Assembly: GCA_051362555.1 (NCBI GenBank)
Contig: CM120642.1
Coordinates: forward strand, 2,728,001 to 2,792,000
Origin: Lingula anatina
Lineage: Eukaryota > Animalia > Brachiopoda
Direction: 5' to 3'
Length of the DNA: 64,000 bases
The notes beneath the pieces are model-generated. The model made no database searches. It saw nothing but the letters and a program-made list of their open reading frames with translations, and was not told the DNA's origin. The position numbers and the translations under genes are program-made. This document shows positions 1 through 12,372 of this stretch, in pieces (the first letter of the stretch is position 1; each line of letters begins with the position of its first letter).

Positions 1-156
1 TTAAGTTTTTTTGTGAAACTGGGACCAGATGTATTGGAGGAACTTTTTAAAGAACAAAAAAGAGGCAATAATTGTTCACTTTCTTCATCTGACCAGTCAC
101 GTGCAATAGTAAGACAGCAGAATCCTGGAGATTGTAACACAGGGTCCAACACTTAC

Positions 157-2467
157 CTGTAAATTTGCCAGTCTGGCCTGCAAACTAGCGGTCTGTTTTT
201 CTAACTTTTCGTGTTGCTCTTGTAGTCCTTCCAGCTGAAATATTTATAGTCATATTTAAAATATAGTACTTAGTAGTCATTGAAATCAATAATCTTATTT
301 AGTTCCCACTTATATATCTTACATATACACCTGATTAAATGAAAAAAGTCCAAAAATTTAACGTTGTGGCACACGTTAAACATTTAGAACTGCAAAACAA
401 CTTTCCATTTCAAAGTTGGCAAGGTATAAAAATTGTAAAGTTTCAGTGGAAAACTTTTATAGCTCAATTTAGTATATTTTAAAAGACATGTTAAAAAGAC
501 AGAAAAAAAAAGAAAAGAGGGGAAAATATAAAAAAAAGGAATTATCAATATACTATATAAAAATACACAAAAAAGATGATACCTCTTTCTTCAAGGAATC
601 ATTAGCTTGTTTAATGGTTTCAAAGTTATCCTTTAACCTCTTGTTCTCCTTGGATTTTTCCCTTAATATTTGTTCCATTTTTGATATTTCTGCTATATGT
701 TCCTGAAAGATATCAACAGGAAAAAAGATTCAATTTGTATAAAAAATAATATCCTGACAGGCTGATAGGCAAAAGATATAAATTTGAGAATACACACTTA
801 GTCTGTCGTTCTCTCTCAATAGTACACAGCAGACAAACACGCAACAACTTACACCTAAAATCTGTGGCATTTATATAAAACAAAAAATATATTTATTTAT
901 CTATTTATCAAGCAATACCTCTTCTATGACAGCCCATTTCTTATTCACCTCCTCCTGGGCATATGTCTTCACGTTGGCATGTGAACGGACAACAAGACGC
1001 TCCCTTTCTCTTAAGATAATTTCTCGCTCTTGTAGAATTTTGTGTTCATTCTGTGAAAACAAGACGAGATTTGGCATACATTATTGGTTCTGTTTTAAAT
1101 GCACAAGTTGAAGATGATATAATTTGCAAATATTTGCCGTTTGAAATAAATAGGCAAATAATGTTATATATTTTTTCATTAAAAAGAGGCATACCGTTTC
1201 CCAGCTGATTTTTCACCATACAAGGGACTTCATGACATTTTGAACACTACACTTTTCTGACGCAAAGACCAAGACATTTGATTTCATGCAAGCATCTGTG
1301 CTCTTTATTTTATATTACACTGCTTTCAATTTACCCTCAATTTGTTAGCGAGGGCCTGTAGCTCTGCGTATACTTCCTGGACGTCTGCTGGTAAGGCTCC
1401 GCTTTGCTGTGACATCATCATGTCAACGTTGTCAAAGTGGCGTCTGTGCCTTCTAGACTCTCTTGGTAACCGTTTGGAAGGTGCAGTGCTGGAAATGTAA
1501 TAAAGAGTTCACAAAAAATTATTACATCTGACAAGAGGGATAAAAACATTAAACATATTTCAGAATTCTTTAGAGCCATAAGAAAAATTTTGAAGGGCAT
1601 TAGCAAGAAAACATGAGCAGATTTTTATTTTGTAAATTCTAATATGCAAACATAAATGACAATGAAGCAAAGTAAAATCAGAAGAGGATCTTTTATCATT
1701 ATTTTAAAACTTGTCAAAGTTGGTCTGTTAGTATCCTTTATCTACATAATGACTGGATTATTAGGCATACTTCTACTGATCTAAAGGCGAGCAACTGACT
1801 TATGACCATATAAATGCCCTACGTTGGTAGTTCTACAGTTTTTGCAGAAGTAGCTAGAGGGGGAGGGGTCTGTATACATCAGGCAGAGGCAAGAATAACT
1901 CCAGTCTCACTTTCTTAGGAAGACAACTTGATGGACACCAAAATATTGGCATACAAAAAGAAACTCACAGACTTAGGCCATTCTTTACACAAAACTGTTG
2001 CTACACCTGGGAGTATAATTAAACAGCTACTGAAATATTTCAACTATTCTCCAGTTTGGTTCTCTTCCATGTGACAAAAACAAGATGTATTACTTATAGG
2101 ACTGCTCTGTCTCACTTTGGGTGCTGTCTCTCTGGCTAGATTCAAAAAGATCATGGCTTCTGGAATAACTTGTTTTTCCAGGATATTCTGAAATAAAAAA
2201 TAAATAAATAAATAAATAAATAACACCTTTGCATTACCTCTCCCCCTCAATGAATGTCTCTGCTATTCAAATCAATTAATCTAGAATTTTACTAACTAAT
2301 TGTGTTTTAATAGTAAACTCTCAAGCACTTTGATCAATAAGTTAACAAACAGTGACAAAAAATGGCAGCAAGAATTTGCTGGTTGGATGTTATCAACAAT
2401 ATAAATTACTGAAGTTGACTTATTTACCTTCCAAATCACTCGAGGAAGCTTCTTCGTCATACATCAT
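157..2467 (-). CDS. CCDC138: Coiled-coil domain-containing protein 138 homolog, 5' part (gene continues past window start)
   Basis: Frame-consistent GT-AG exons 2467-2428, 2187-2094, 1488-1335, 1050-919, 702-583, 234-157. They translate to ...VQEVYAELQALANKLR/NEHKILQEREIILRERERLVVRSHANVKTYAQEEVNKKWAVIEE/EHIAEISKMEQILREKSKENKRLKDNFETIKQANDSLKKE/LEGLQEQHEKLEKQTASLQARLANLQ, which matches the CCDC138 coiled-coil region as I recall it (LKEKNKETKRLRSSFDALKELNDTLKKQ...VQARLDNLQ). The first two exons and the start codon are less certain. Confidence 0.8.
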
Positions 2468-2469
2468 AA

Positions 2470-3260
2470 GCTTTAGTTGCAGGAAACAGTGCCTTGTTCA
2501 CTTACACACATCACAAAAGGCCAAATGGATACAGCATTCACATAAACGCTTCAAAAAGAAAAGAAACATGTAAAGCTTCCTGATTCAAACTATTTGAAAT
2601 GGGCGCAGACATTCTTAATAAGCACTAACGCGCGTAGCTTAATCAGCTCGGTAAAATTGCGTGGTTAGTAGGCGATTTATTAAACCCTCTAATTGCTTTT
2701 TAGAAATGATAACAATTATTGCAATATGCTTTCAACCAATGTTTTTTTTTCTGTAATATAAACAAGTACTGCCTGTGGGGAGCCATGTGGATATTTTCAA
2801 GCATTTTAAAGGAAAAAAAATCATTCAAAACCTTTATGGAATAAATATGATAAGAGTGTTGTTGGGGGATGTAGATCTTAAAAGTGCCAAAAATTGTAAC
2901 TGTATGCACAGCATGTACATGTAGATGTATTTAAATCAAATTTTGACATCCATTTATTATGATCATATTTATGGTATATATTGCAGTTTGCTTAAAGTAT
3001 ATAAGTAAGGTTACTGTTGACGGAAATATCCAGTAAATTGTAATAAAATAAAATTAGATACTCCTTAAATATTTTCACGCGTTACTACCTTCCAATAGGT
3101 AACTGATATAAACAACGTAACGTCGCATGGTAGCTCAAGAACGTTTCACTGCGAGTAAAGACCCCGGCAAGTGCTGTGCAATGTAATCAAGACCACTTTC
3201 CTAGCTGTACTGCTGACAAGAAGGGGACATTAGCATGAGAGATAGCACTAAAACAGGTAT
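2470..3260. promoter_or_regulatory. Putative bidirectional promoter between CCDC138 and a plus-strand transcription unit
   Basis: Local CpG enrichment (ca. 2600-2680 and 3020-3620) against CpG-poor flanks. The CCDC138 start lies just left, and a plus-strand donor CAG|GTATTT at 3256/3257 fits a non-coding first exon. Confidence 0.55.
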
Positions 3261-4274
3261 TTCTTTTTCTCTGAACATATTTTCAGCCCTGTTGTTTTTG
3301 TGATTTCGCATTCGCAGTATATCACGCTAAGCACGGAGTTAACTGTCGTCTAATTGTTTTCTGTTTAGTTTTTATTAATTTGCCGGTTATTGTAAGAAGA
3401 TAACACCATCCTCAGCTACAGATACGCCGCTGGGACAGGTGTTTTGGCCACGATTTGTCTCTGACGGTCAAGTGCTAAGTGTTTTAAAGGTCTAAAAACC
3501 GCCACAAGGTCTATCAGTGGAGATGTCCGCGTCGCACCATATATTGGCTTGAGGGGGCTATCACAGATCGGACTGATAAGGATCGGTCTTCAACCTACTT
3601 CGCCCTTAGGCCAACGCCAAATAAAAGCCTTTCACGTGTGTATTTTTACAACATCTATTACAAATGACAAAAGTGAACAATTAGTTCTAGTTATTAACCC
3701 TTCAAAGGATGTGAATTAAGTGCATGAACTTTATTTTACATTTATTTTTAAACTTTATTTTTGTCGCGTGAAACAATTAATTGGGCACTTACATAAAATA
3801 ACAGTGAAGGTGTTTCTGTTATATGTGAAGCATGTGGATGGATAACTGGCTTGGTTTTGTCTCATTTCACAGGTTTTTATTTTTAGTTATTTTTTAAGAG
3901 ATTGGGGCAGGAGAATTAAGGGGTATCCCATAAACTATAGGAGTAAAGGCACACAATTAATCCACTTTGCCCCACCTCCTTAATTGATCTGCCATTGATG
4001 GAATTAAATTGAACAAAGAGTAACATACAAAGAGACATAAAATGATTAAACATTTTAAAACAAATAACCTACGTGAATATATTTAACAAGTCAGATCTTT
4101 CAAAGTACGTAGAACATGGTTCAACACTCAGTAAACTATAGGTATCAATACGCTTTTTTCAATTAATCATTGTGCACAAGTGGCTTAATGTAATAATCAT
4201 AAGTGGTGTTTTGTGTAAATGAAGTCTATATTACAGGAATTCTACCTGGGGCGTGGATGAAAAAAAAGGTTTCA

Positions 4275-4308
<34 letters not shown>

Positions 4309-7298
4309 GGTAGTGTCTCTGGTGTATGTGTAGCCTAGCTAGCTTCCAGGTTAACTTTTTTTTGTCTAAAGCAACTCAGAAATCAATTAATCCATTTATC
4401 TCTCTCTCTTTCTTTCTCTCTCTCTCTTTTTCTCTCTCTCTCTCTCTCTCTCGTAGGTTTCATTAAATGATGATAAATTTGTGAAAATAGCCAGAATTCT
4501 CTTTTAATTATTAAACAGCTTAATGAGATTAGCTGTGGCAATTTACAAGAAATTACCAACCCAGCTTGTTCTTCATAGTAATACACTGCACATACCACAG
4601 TAAATTGGAATAAATTTACCCCCTGTGAGCATATGCATGTGAAATATGGCATATTGCCCGTTTATAAAGGTGTTCATAATATGTTCCATTCCCTATATGT
4701 TTTTCTTTTTATAACCATCTAAATTGTGTGACTTATCACATACTTAATATTTTTCAAGTTGTTTCCATATTACACGATCTGATGGAGGTAATATGTCACC
4801 AGGTTGGGTCACACTTCTAAGTATTGTGTCTCTGTACTACATTTTCAAATCCAACTGAACAAATATTTGGAATGCATACACCTTTCTAATTTTAAGTCAT
4901 CAAATTTGCACTGTGTTTGTTCTGTCTCCTATTCAATAGGTTTTGTTGTTTTCCCAAGTAGAGGGATTATGTCACATGAATAAAACAGAAATGCTTTACA
5001 AATAACTACCTGAGCATTATTAAATTTCTGAATTTTGGCCATTGATGTCCAGGATATCCTGGCTCTCCTGGTCAAGGTTTATGTAAAAATAATGCTATCT
5101 AGAACAACTATCTAAGTGCAATATTATTACATTTCAATCCATTATAAGATTTGATTAAATTATTAAATTATACTAGAGCAACATACACAGGTACACACAT
5201 GCACAATCTCACACATGCATACATTTTTCTACTGGAACACACACACTCACACACACACACACACACACTTTTTAATTAAAGAACTTCTTGCTTGCTATAT
5301 TTTAAAAAAAGTGCAATTTCATAGTTTAAGGTTTCCATGTTAACTGCTGTCCCTGTACACAGTGCTTGCATGCTGTGGATGAATAACTTGCATGTAAACA
5401 CACTAAAAGAAAATCTGAATTATTTTACTGTTTTTTAGTCAATCATATTGCTAATTTAGTCAAAATATTTTTATTAAACTAAACAAATGTGTGTTCATGG
5501 TCCCACCCAGCCTATGAAAGTTAAGCAATAGAAATAATGTGTTCGCTGTGTCAGTTATTCCCATCTGTGGTAGCTAGACACATGCATGTCCTATATGGTC
5601 CTGAAGTGATAAGAGCATTATTAATTCTTCTGAGTCTCTACACACTACTCTTTTGTATGAAAGCAATAAGACCCAAGATTAATAACATTGTGTACTAAGA
5701 TATTAAACTGACTGACCTGAATTGCTTATTCAATTGTGTGGTATGACCTTTCACAAGGGACAAGTCTTGGCAATATGTGTAAAAATATATATATTCTTGG
5801 AATCGTCTTGTTTCTGAAATTGGCAGGTCAGATGAAATTTCTATCCAATGTGTAGAGCAGAGGCAAGTATTTTTAATTCATGTGTTCCATGTTCATTAAG
5901 ATTGTATTATGTAAGTACTCATAACTGTCAAACAGGTACATGCACTTAGTAGTGTATACAGTAAGTGGGTATCAGCATATTGACTGAATAATCTTTGTGA
6001 TGAAAATGATTTTTTCCAAAGTCGTGACTTCCTCTTAACTGTTAATGACATTACCCTGGTATTACCTTTAGTGTTAAATGCATGTAACTTTGAACAAAAT
6101 TATGTTCTTGTAGTGCTGCATTATTTAAAATATAATTTGTGGACAGACATGCTTGTGCCTGTTTGTTTTGTAATTGGCATGGATATTGGCTGGTTGACCT
6201 GTTTTGTTTACCACATTGAAAAAATACAAAGAGGGCCACTTTGCAGCCAGTGGTGCCGCAAAGAACAGTCATAAGTAAATATGAGCAAGCAGATTTCTTT
6301 TCGACTATTTTCATGGCTAATTGAAAAGTAAACAGAATCATTAAGGAAATCTAAGAAGAGGCTTGTAATAGAGAACAAAAGCGCTTTTTGTGTAGAGGCA
6401 GCTTGGTCTGATCAGAAACCTTATTGTTGATCTAAATATTTTTATTGCTAGGAATAACTCACCTAGATTTTGACATGTAAACATGCAAGATGACTATATA
6501 GCAGACTGCTTACAGATATGATATTTTTATTTTTTCGGCAAGTGGGACTTTGTGTTTATCCACTGGTTGAACCAGGATTTCCCTGTTGTTTAGTACTTGG
6601 GATATGGAATGAAGTAATGTAGCTAGAACTGGACCCCTCTCTCCTTTAACCTCCCTATACCCCCATCTTAAATATCACTGGACTTTATTTCCATGGTCCA
6701 TTTAAATATAAAGCTTTATTGGCTGTTTAACATTTGTATTGATTTCAAGGGGAAATGGCATAGAAGATTATTTTCCTGTGCTGAGAATGTTCATTTTAGC
6801 AAATAGAGATATTTTACACGTTAATTGGCTAATTAAGCCCTGACTAAAGTCACAGTTTACATGATCAATTACATTATCATACATTGTGCTAACTATCAAA
6901 TAGCATTTCTTTCAGTCAAATGATAGCTGTGTAATTTTAACATTATCAAATATTTACATATATATCTAAGTAAAAGACCTACATTTGACCAAAAGAAAGG
7001 AACAAATTTTTACCAAATTTTATGCTTCAGTAGCATAGGGCAAATGAACCAAATTGTAATGTCTTAGCTTTTTACAAAAAGGTGTTTATTGCTGCTAAAT
7101 GTGACAACCTTGTAATCATGACAATGAATAAGTTCATGTCGGAGGACACAATGGTCTCAAATTATAAATTTCTTCTCGCATGAAAAAACAGATTGAGAAA
7201 ATTAGATTAGATTAATTTTCAGCAAGTTTTTAAACTGAAAACCCACTGTTAATTTTTTTAAATTTAATTTTGAAAGGTAAAGGTAATTTTCATACCAT

Positions 7299-7410
7299 TG
7301 TAGCCTGGGCTCATTAGCTTATATTAGTTGGGGGGCAGTTGCATGGTTTGCGAGAGTCCCAGGTTCAAATCCCGGCCAAACTTGGTGTTTTCTCCCCCAG
7401 AATTGCTACA
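7299..7410 (+). repeat. Degenerate tRNA-derived (SINE-like) fragment
   Basis: B-box-like GGTTCAAATCC at 7362-7372 in a T-arm context (CCAGGTTCAAATCCCGG), bounded by TGTAGC...GCTACA. No clean cloverleaf. Confidence 0.4.
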
Positions 7411-8484
7411 CCTCTATATGTACATATTTAATTAATTGTGTTAAATATTTATAACTTCATCTTTGTATTATTTTATTACCCAATATAAGCTATCAAACTT
7501 GCTATCTTATGTGCTGCATTATAATACATAAACAGAAATTGCAAAAGGCAAACATTGGTTTCATTGCTGGGGTCTATAGACTATAAATAGCTGTGAAATG
7601 ACTGTGTATAGGACTCAAGAGAACCTTTTCAGGTAAGGCTATTTGATCAATAAAAGTGGTAGCTATTCAGGGTTACATTTATTCAATTGGTTTTCAATCT
7701 TTCACCGCAGCCATTTTGGCTTAAGGATGTCGTTACTGAATCAAGTTGTTCTCTATAAACAGCTAGATAACCACGTATTCTAGAGTTGGGAGTACATGTA
7801 TATGAAAGTTTCACAAGAGGCATTCTTATTGAAGAGAACCAGTGAGTTAAAGATTGGAAATGGTCACAGTTATACAAGTACCCTGTGTTTGTAGATCATG
7901 GATACAGATTCACTAAAACATATATACTGTTACAGATGTGTCCAGTAACCTAATGCTTTGGTCCAAAGCCATTTTGAAATGTTTGTCAAGCTATTGCTGC
8001 TAGTATAGAACTTAAGTGTTGAGGCAGTACATTTTTCATGAGAGGTTAATTTATTGACTTTGTATTACCACGGCCTTGTGTTGAAGGAGCTGGTGCACTA
8101 TTACAACAAAAAAGACCAAAAAAAGGGAGAAGATGACCTGAACAAGGAGAAGCTAGTGGGCACCATCGAACATACAGCTTTGCCTCCAAAATCAGGGGTG
8201 GATTGAGGCTGTCTTCTGGGTCTTCTGGAAGACGGTCAGATTTTCAAGTATACATTGACAGGTATCTAATTTTTCTGTAGGAAGACGGTCAAAAATGGAG
8301 GATTGATCAACAAAGATAATTTGGAAGACTATCACAAAATATATTTGGATCCGTCCCTGAAAATCATATGCTGGGGGCCGGGTTCTGTGCTTTCCACTGT
8401 TTACTTCTTAAAGGAGCTTGTTTATGAAGTGATATTAATAGCAATATCAGGAGGATCAGTTTTACTGTAAATAGAGAAAGGAAA

Positions 8485-10080
8485 ATGTACCGCAGAGGAC
8501 AAATAAAGAACAGAAGAGGGTGCCTGTACAGGTGCATGAACTACCAAACTTTTTTCTTTTTTCTATTCTTTGTCTACTTTGCCATGGTGATTTTGCTCCT
8601 CACGTTATATTATAAGAATGAAAGTGGAATAGAGAGCAGGAGGCCTTTTGTGTACAGTGCTAATTTGAAGAGAAAAAGAGGACATCGCCCAAAAAAAGCT
8701 CAGAGAAAAGAGAATTTTGTTCTGATAAATGATGATCTCTCTGAGGAGGACCAATGGAAGAAACAACATGTGATCAACGTCAAAACAAATGAGAAAAATG
8801 CTGCTTTCCTTGTTGGAACTGGAGGTGGAAGAACAGTGGATCCTGTGACTGCTTCATTACAAAAAGTATCTGGGAAAAAAGCAAACAGGAAGACATGCCC
8901 AGAAATAGAGACTGATTGGAAACAATTTGAAATCCAACTTCGAAATCCAATTACATTAACACCTCGCCTGGTTAACTTCAAAGTTTTCACTTATTCAGCA
9001 TATTTAGATGATCGCTTGTTGAACAAAACAGGAAATGTTCATGTCAGGATATTCCTTCTTCAAGCAGCATTTTTGCACAGATATGTTTCATTTTCTTGTC
9101 ATTTGCAAACAGAAAAAAGTAATTTTACCTCTAGGGGAGAGTTTTACAAGCTAACTGAGCATCACAATCTCCCTTATGCTGGGTTTATTCTGAATTGTAA
9201 GTTTCCTTTTGAAGTAGTTTATCTTCATCCATGCTCAGTTTCAATTTTGGTCCATCTTAAAAACACAATGGGTTTTAAATCAATCACTTTACCATTAAAT
9301 TACATCTTTCCTGCATCTTTGCAATATGATTTTGGCATGTGTCTGCCATCTTTGTTTGGAGACATTAATTTAGGTAAAATTGTGGAATTTTTTGAGCTGT
9401 CAAAACTCTTGGGTGCCCAACATTTTTTTATTTATGATTACACCTCTTCAAAAGATGTACATCAGGTTCTGAAGTACTATAAAGATCAAGGGGAACTTAC
9501 AGTTCTTAAATGGAATTTCCCATTTAAGGAACTGAACAGGTATGTTTGGTATTACGGGCAAAGCATAGCAATAAATAACTGCATCTATAGGACAATGGGA
9601 AAAATACAAACAGTTGTCTTGAATGACTTAGATGAATTCATCATACCTCAAAAAGTAAGGACATGGAAAGAATTATTGCACAGCATTGCAAAACACAATG
9701 CAAGTGGGTACTGTTTTCCAATGGCATTTTATGACACAGATCCCCATCGACATAAACAAATGACAACCAGTAAAAACTTGACATCTCAGACATATCTCTA
9801 CAGGACAAAAATATTTTGTGAAAAACGCAGAAAATGTTTTGTACATCCAGAGTTGGTGTATGAAATGGGAATCCATCACATAAGTAGAAACATCGAGTTG
9901 GGACATGAAAAAATAGCTGTTGAGCCAAGTACTGCCATACTGCATCATTATAGACAATGTGTCTCAGCGTTTAAATTTTCTTGCCCAAGGGATCGGATAT
10001 TTGATAAGACCGCATTAAGACTTGGTGCTCAGCTTCAGCAAAATCATGCAATAGTCATGCAAGCTTTAGGTCGAAATTGA
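8485..10080 (+). CDS. Glycosyltransferase family 92 (DUF23), beta-1,4-galactosyltransferase GALT-1-like, type II membrane protein
   Basis: 531-aa ORF in one exon: basic N-tail, TM helix (FFFFLFFVYFAMVILLLTLYY), stem, then GT92-type motifs (FTYSAYLD, CLPSLFG, GAQHFFIYD, WYYGQ...NNCIYR, DLDEFIIP with DxD, KCFVHP...MGIH, HHYR). Candidate acceptor TTTTCTGTAG at 8280; AATAAA at 10185-10190. Confidence 0.9.
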   Translation: MYRRGQIKNRRGCLYRCMNYQTFFFFLFFVYFAMVILLLTLYYKNESGIESRRPFVYSANLKRKRGHRPKKAQRKENFVLINDDLSEEDQWKKQHVINVKTNEKNAAFLVGTGGGRTVDPVTASLQKVSGKKANRKTCPEIETDWKQFEIQLRNPITLTPRLVNFKVFTYSAYLDDRLLNKTGNVHVRIFLLQAAFLHRYVSFSCHLQTEKSNFTSRGEFYKLTEHHNLPYAGFILNCKFPFEVVYLHPCSVSILVHLKNTMGFKSITLPLNYIFPASLQYDFGMCLPSLFGDINLGKIVEFFELSKLLGAQHFFIYDYTSSKDVHQVLKYYKDQGELTVLKWNFPFKELNRYVWYYGQSIAINNCIYRTMGKIQTVVLNDLDEFIIPQKVRTWKELLHSIAKHNASGYCFPMAFYDTDPHRHKQMTTSKNLTSQTYLYRTKIFCEKRRKCFVHPELVYEMGIHHISRNIELGHEKIAVEPSTAILHHYRQCVSAFKFSCPRDRIFDKTALRLGAQLQQNHAIVMQALGRN

Positions 10081-11824
10081 AATGCCATACTATCAAGATA
10101 CTAGTATATTTGTGAGTAGCTATTAAATATGGTATCATAATGGTGTTGATTGTGAATTAAATGCATTTTTATTGAAAATTCAATAATAAAGTCACCTCTG
10201 CTAAAATGAGTTGTTGATTTTTCCTGCTAATATTAATTGACAGGTTTGTAATAAATATAATTATTAATTTAAACACTCAAACATGCACCAGTCATGTCTT
10301 AATGTTCATTTGCTGCAGTAAAGTGAAGTGTGCATGGTGACGGGAGAAATTCTGTATTATTATCTATTAAAAACAAGGCGTGAATCTTGAATCTAGTTTA
10401 GGTTGTTTAATTAACAAAGATTTCAGTGTACATCAAATAATAAGCTTTACCACAGATGGTATAAACCTACTGATATTCAAGATTCTAAAGGCTCAGGATG
10501 GAGTGACAGTGGCCATGTCAGATATTTTGCTTCTTACAAAACACAAAAATGTTCAATTTCTTTAATTATTATGCTATATCCATTTTTATAAAAAGTTCCT
10601 CAATTTTTTCTGATCAGTTTTTGTGACAAGTATCTTATTTGAATTGCTGTTTCAAATTAGACAGATATGTCATTAATCAAAATACTAAATGACTGTTCCT
10701 GAGACAAGATTGAGATCCATCTCTGAAATGGACTTAGAAAGATGTCTTTTCTGTCTGCAGTGGAATTGCTTGAAGAATTGATTATGATAAACAACTGATA
10801 AAGTGCATATCTTTTAAAGATACCCAGATGAGCCCCAAGCAGAAGACTTTTAGCCAACCTTCATGTTGTCACGGCAGCTGGTGTGATGTGCAAAAACCTG
10901 CACATTTCAAGTGGAAGTTTTGTTATCTGTTTTCATGAAAAGAAATCATAATCTGTAATGGTAAACTGAATTTTGTAAAATTAGCTATCCCCTTGCCTTC
11001 CTGTTCCTCATTCCCAAAATAATGTGTGTTCAAAGGTTTTCCCATGAATGTTTCATTTAATGATTGATACTGGCTGTCAGATATTTAAAAGTGTAGCAAC
11101 ATTGCCCTATTTTGAATGATTGCGATGGCTTCTATGGGGAATTGCCACCCTTTATCAAGATCATGATGTCATTCTTCTTTCTTTTTGCTTTGGGATTGAG
11201 CAGGATCAGCTTGGGGCAGCTGGTATACCTGGTGCAAAAGAAACAGAAAAAGTGACCTTAAACTCTTCATAAAACTTATATATGTAATTATGACCAACAT
11301 TAAGCCCTTAGCCAGGGGGTTCATGGGGGGGGGGGAGTCAAAAGAACTGCCCTTTTTGTCAGAAAAAGGTCCATTCTGGGTAAAATTTGATCTAGGTACA
11401 CAAAGGTTTCATTTGGAAGAAAAACTCCCCTTTTGAAATTGGTGGATACAGGCTGAACATACAGGTGCTTTTGGGGAATGGATTTTAATAATAAACCTTC
11501 AGATAATCCAGTGATATCAGTCAGGAATATTCTGTTTTGTCAAACTCACGAGACCTGTAAGAGAATTATCATTTAGTACATCTGCCTTGGGCTGGGGTGG
11601 AGTTGCTGTAGAATAAATGTGCATCTTGGTATACCTCACCAAAATAAACAGATAAATTCTTTCTTTCTAAAAATGTCATAATTTGACTATCATACAGATG
11701 TCTTTAAGCCCTTTAAATATGTTTCATAATGTCAAACTCCAATACCCATTGACCTGAGGCACTACCCTGGGGTAGGGCACATGGAGCTGTAGGGGTGTGG
11801 ACCATTGGTTGGGAATTTAGGTGT

Positions 11825-12372
11825 AGCTCCCCAACATAAATAGATTAAATCATTCTGGCTTACTTTTCCTAAAATGTCATAAATTTAACCATCAAGTAGA
11901 TACTATTAGAGAAAAAACCTTGGAGGTATACATTTTATTATGTCAAAATCATGAGACCCATAAAAAGACCATTGAACTATGCACTTAATTCAAAAACAAG
12001 GCTATTGGATCATTTTTCTTGAGGCTACAAAGTGTTTTGGTGAACTTCCAATTTTTCATTCATGTGGTGAGCACCTTAAAATTGGGGCCTAGACAAGCTC
12101 TCCAACATAAATAGATTAAATCATTCTGGCTTACTTTTCCTAAAATGTCATAAATTTAACCATCAAGTAGATACCTTTAGAGAAAAAAACCTTGGAATTA
12201 TGCATTTTATTATGTCAAAATCATGAGACCCATAAAAAGACCATTGAACTATGCACTTAATTCAAAAACAAAACTATTGGATCATTTTTGTTGGGGCTAC
12301 AAAGTGTTTTGGTGAACTTCCAATTTTTCATTCATGTGGTGAGCACCTTAAAATCTGGGCCTAGACAAGCTA
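11825..12372. repeat. Tandem duplication, ca. 272-bp period, 2 near-identical copies (older degenerate copy ca. 11636-11760)
   Basis: CCAACATAAATAGATTAAATCATTCTGGC at 11831 and 12102; AGACAAGCT at 12091 and 12363. Confidence 0.9.

Noticed and set aside
7299-7410. Functional tRNA gene
   Set aside because: Only the T-arm/B-box is recognisable; no convincing acceptor stem, D-arm or anticodon arm.
8700-9957. Antisense ORFs within GT92 (likewise 48310-49006 within the GPCR and 40922-41779 opposite the three-finger gene)
   Set aside because: Shadow ORFs of real coding sequence with no independent features.
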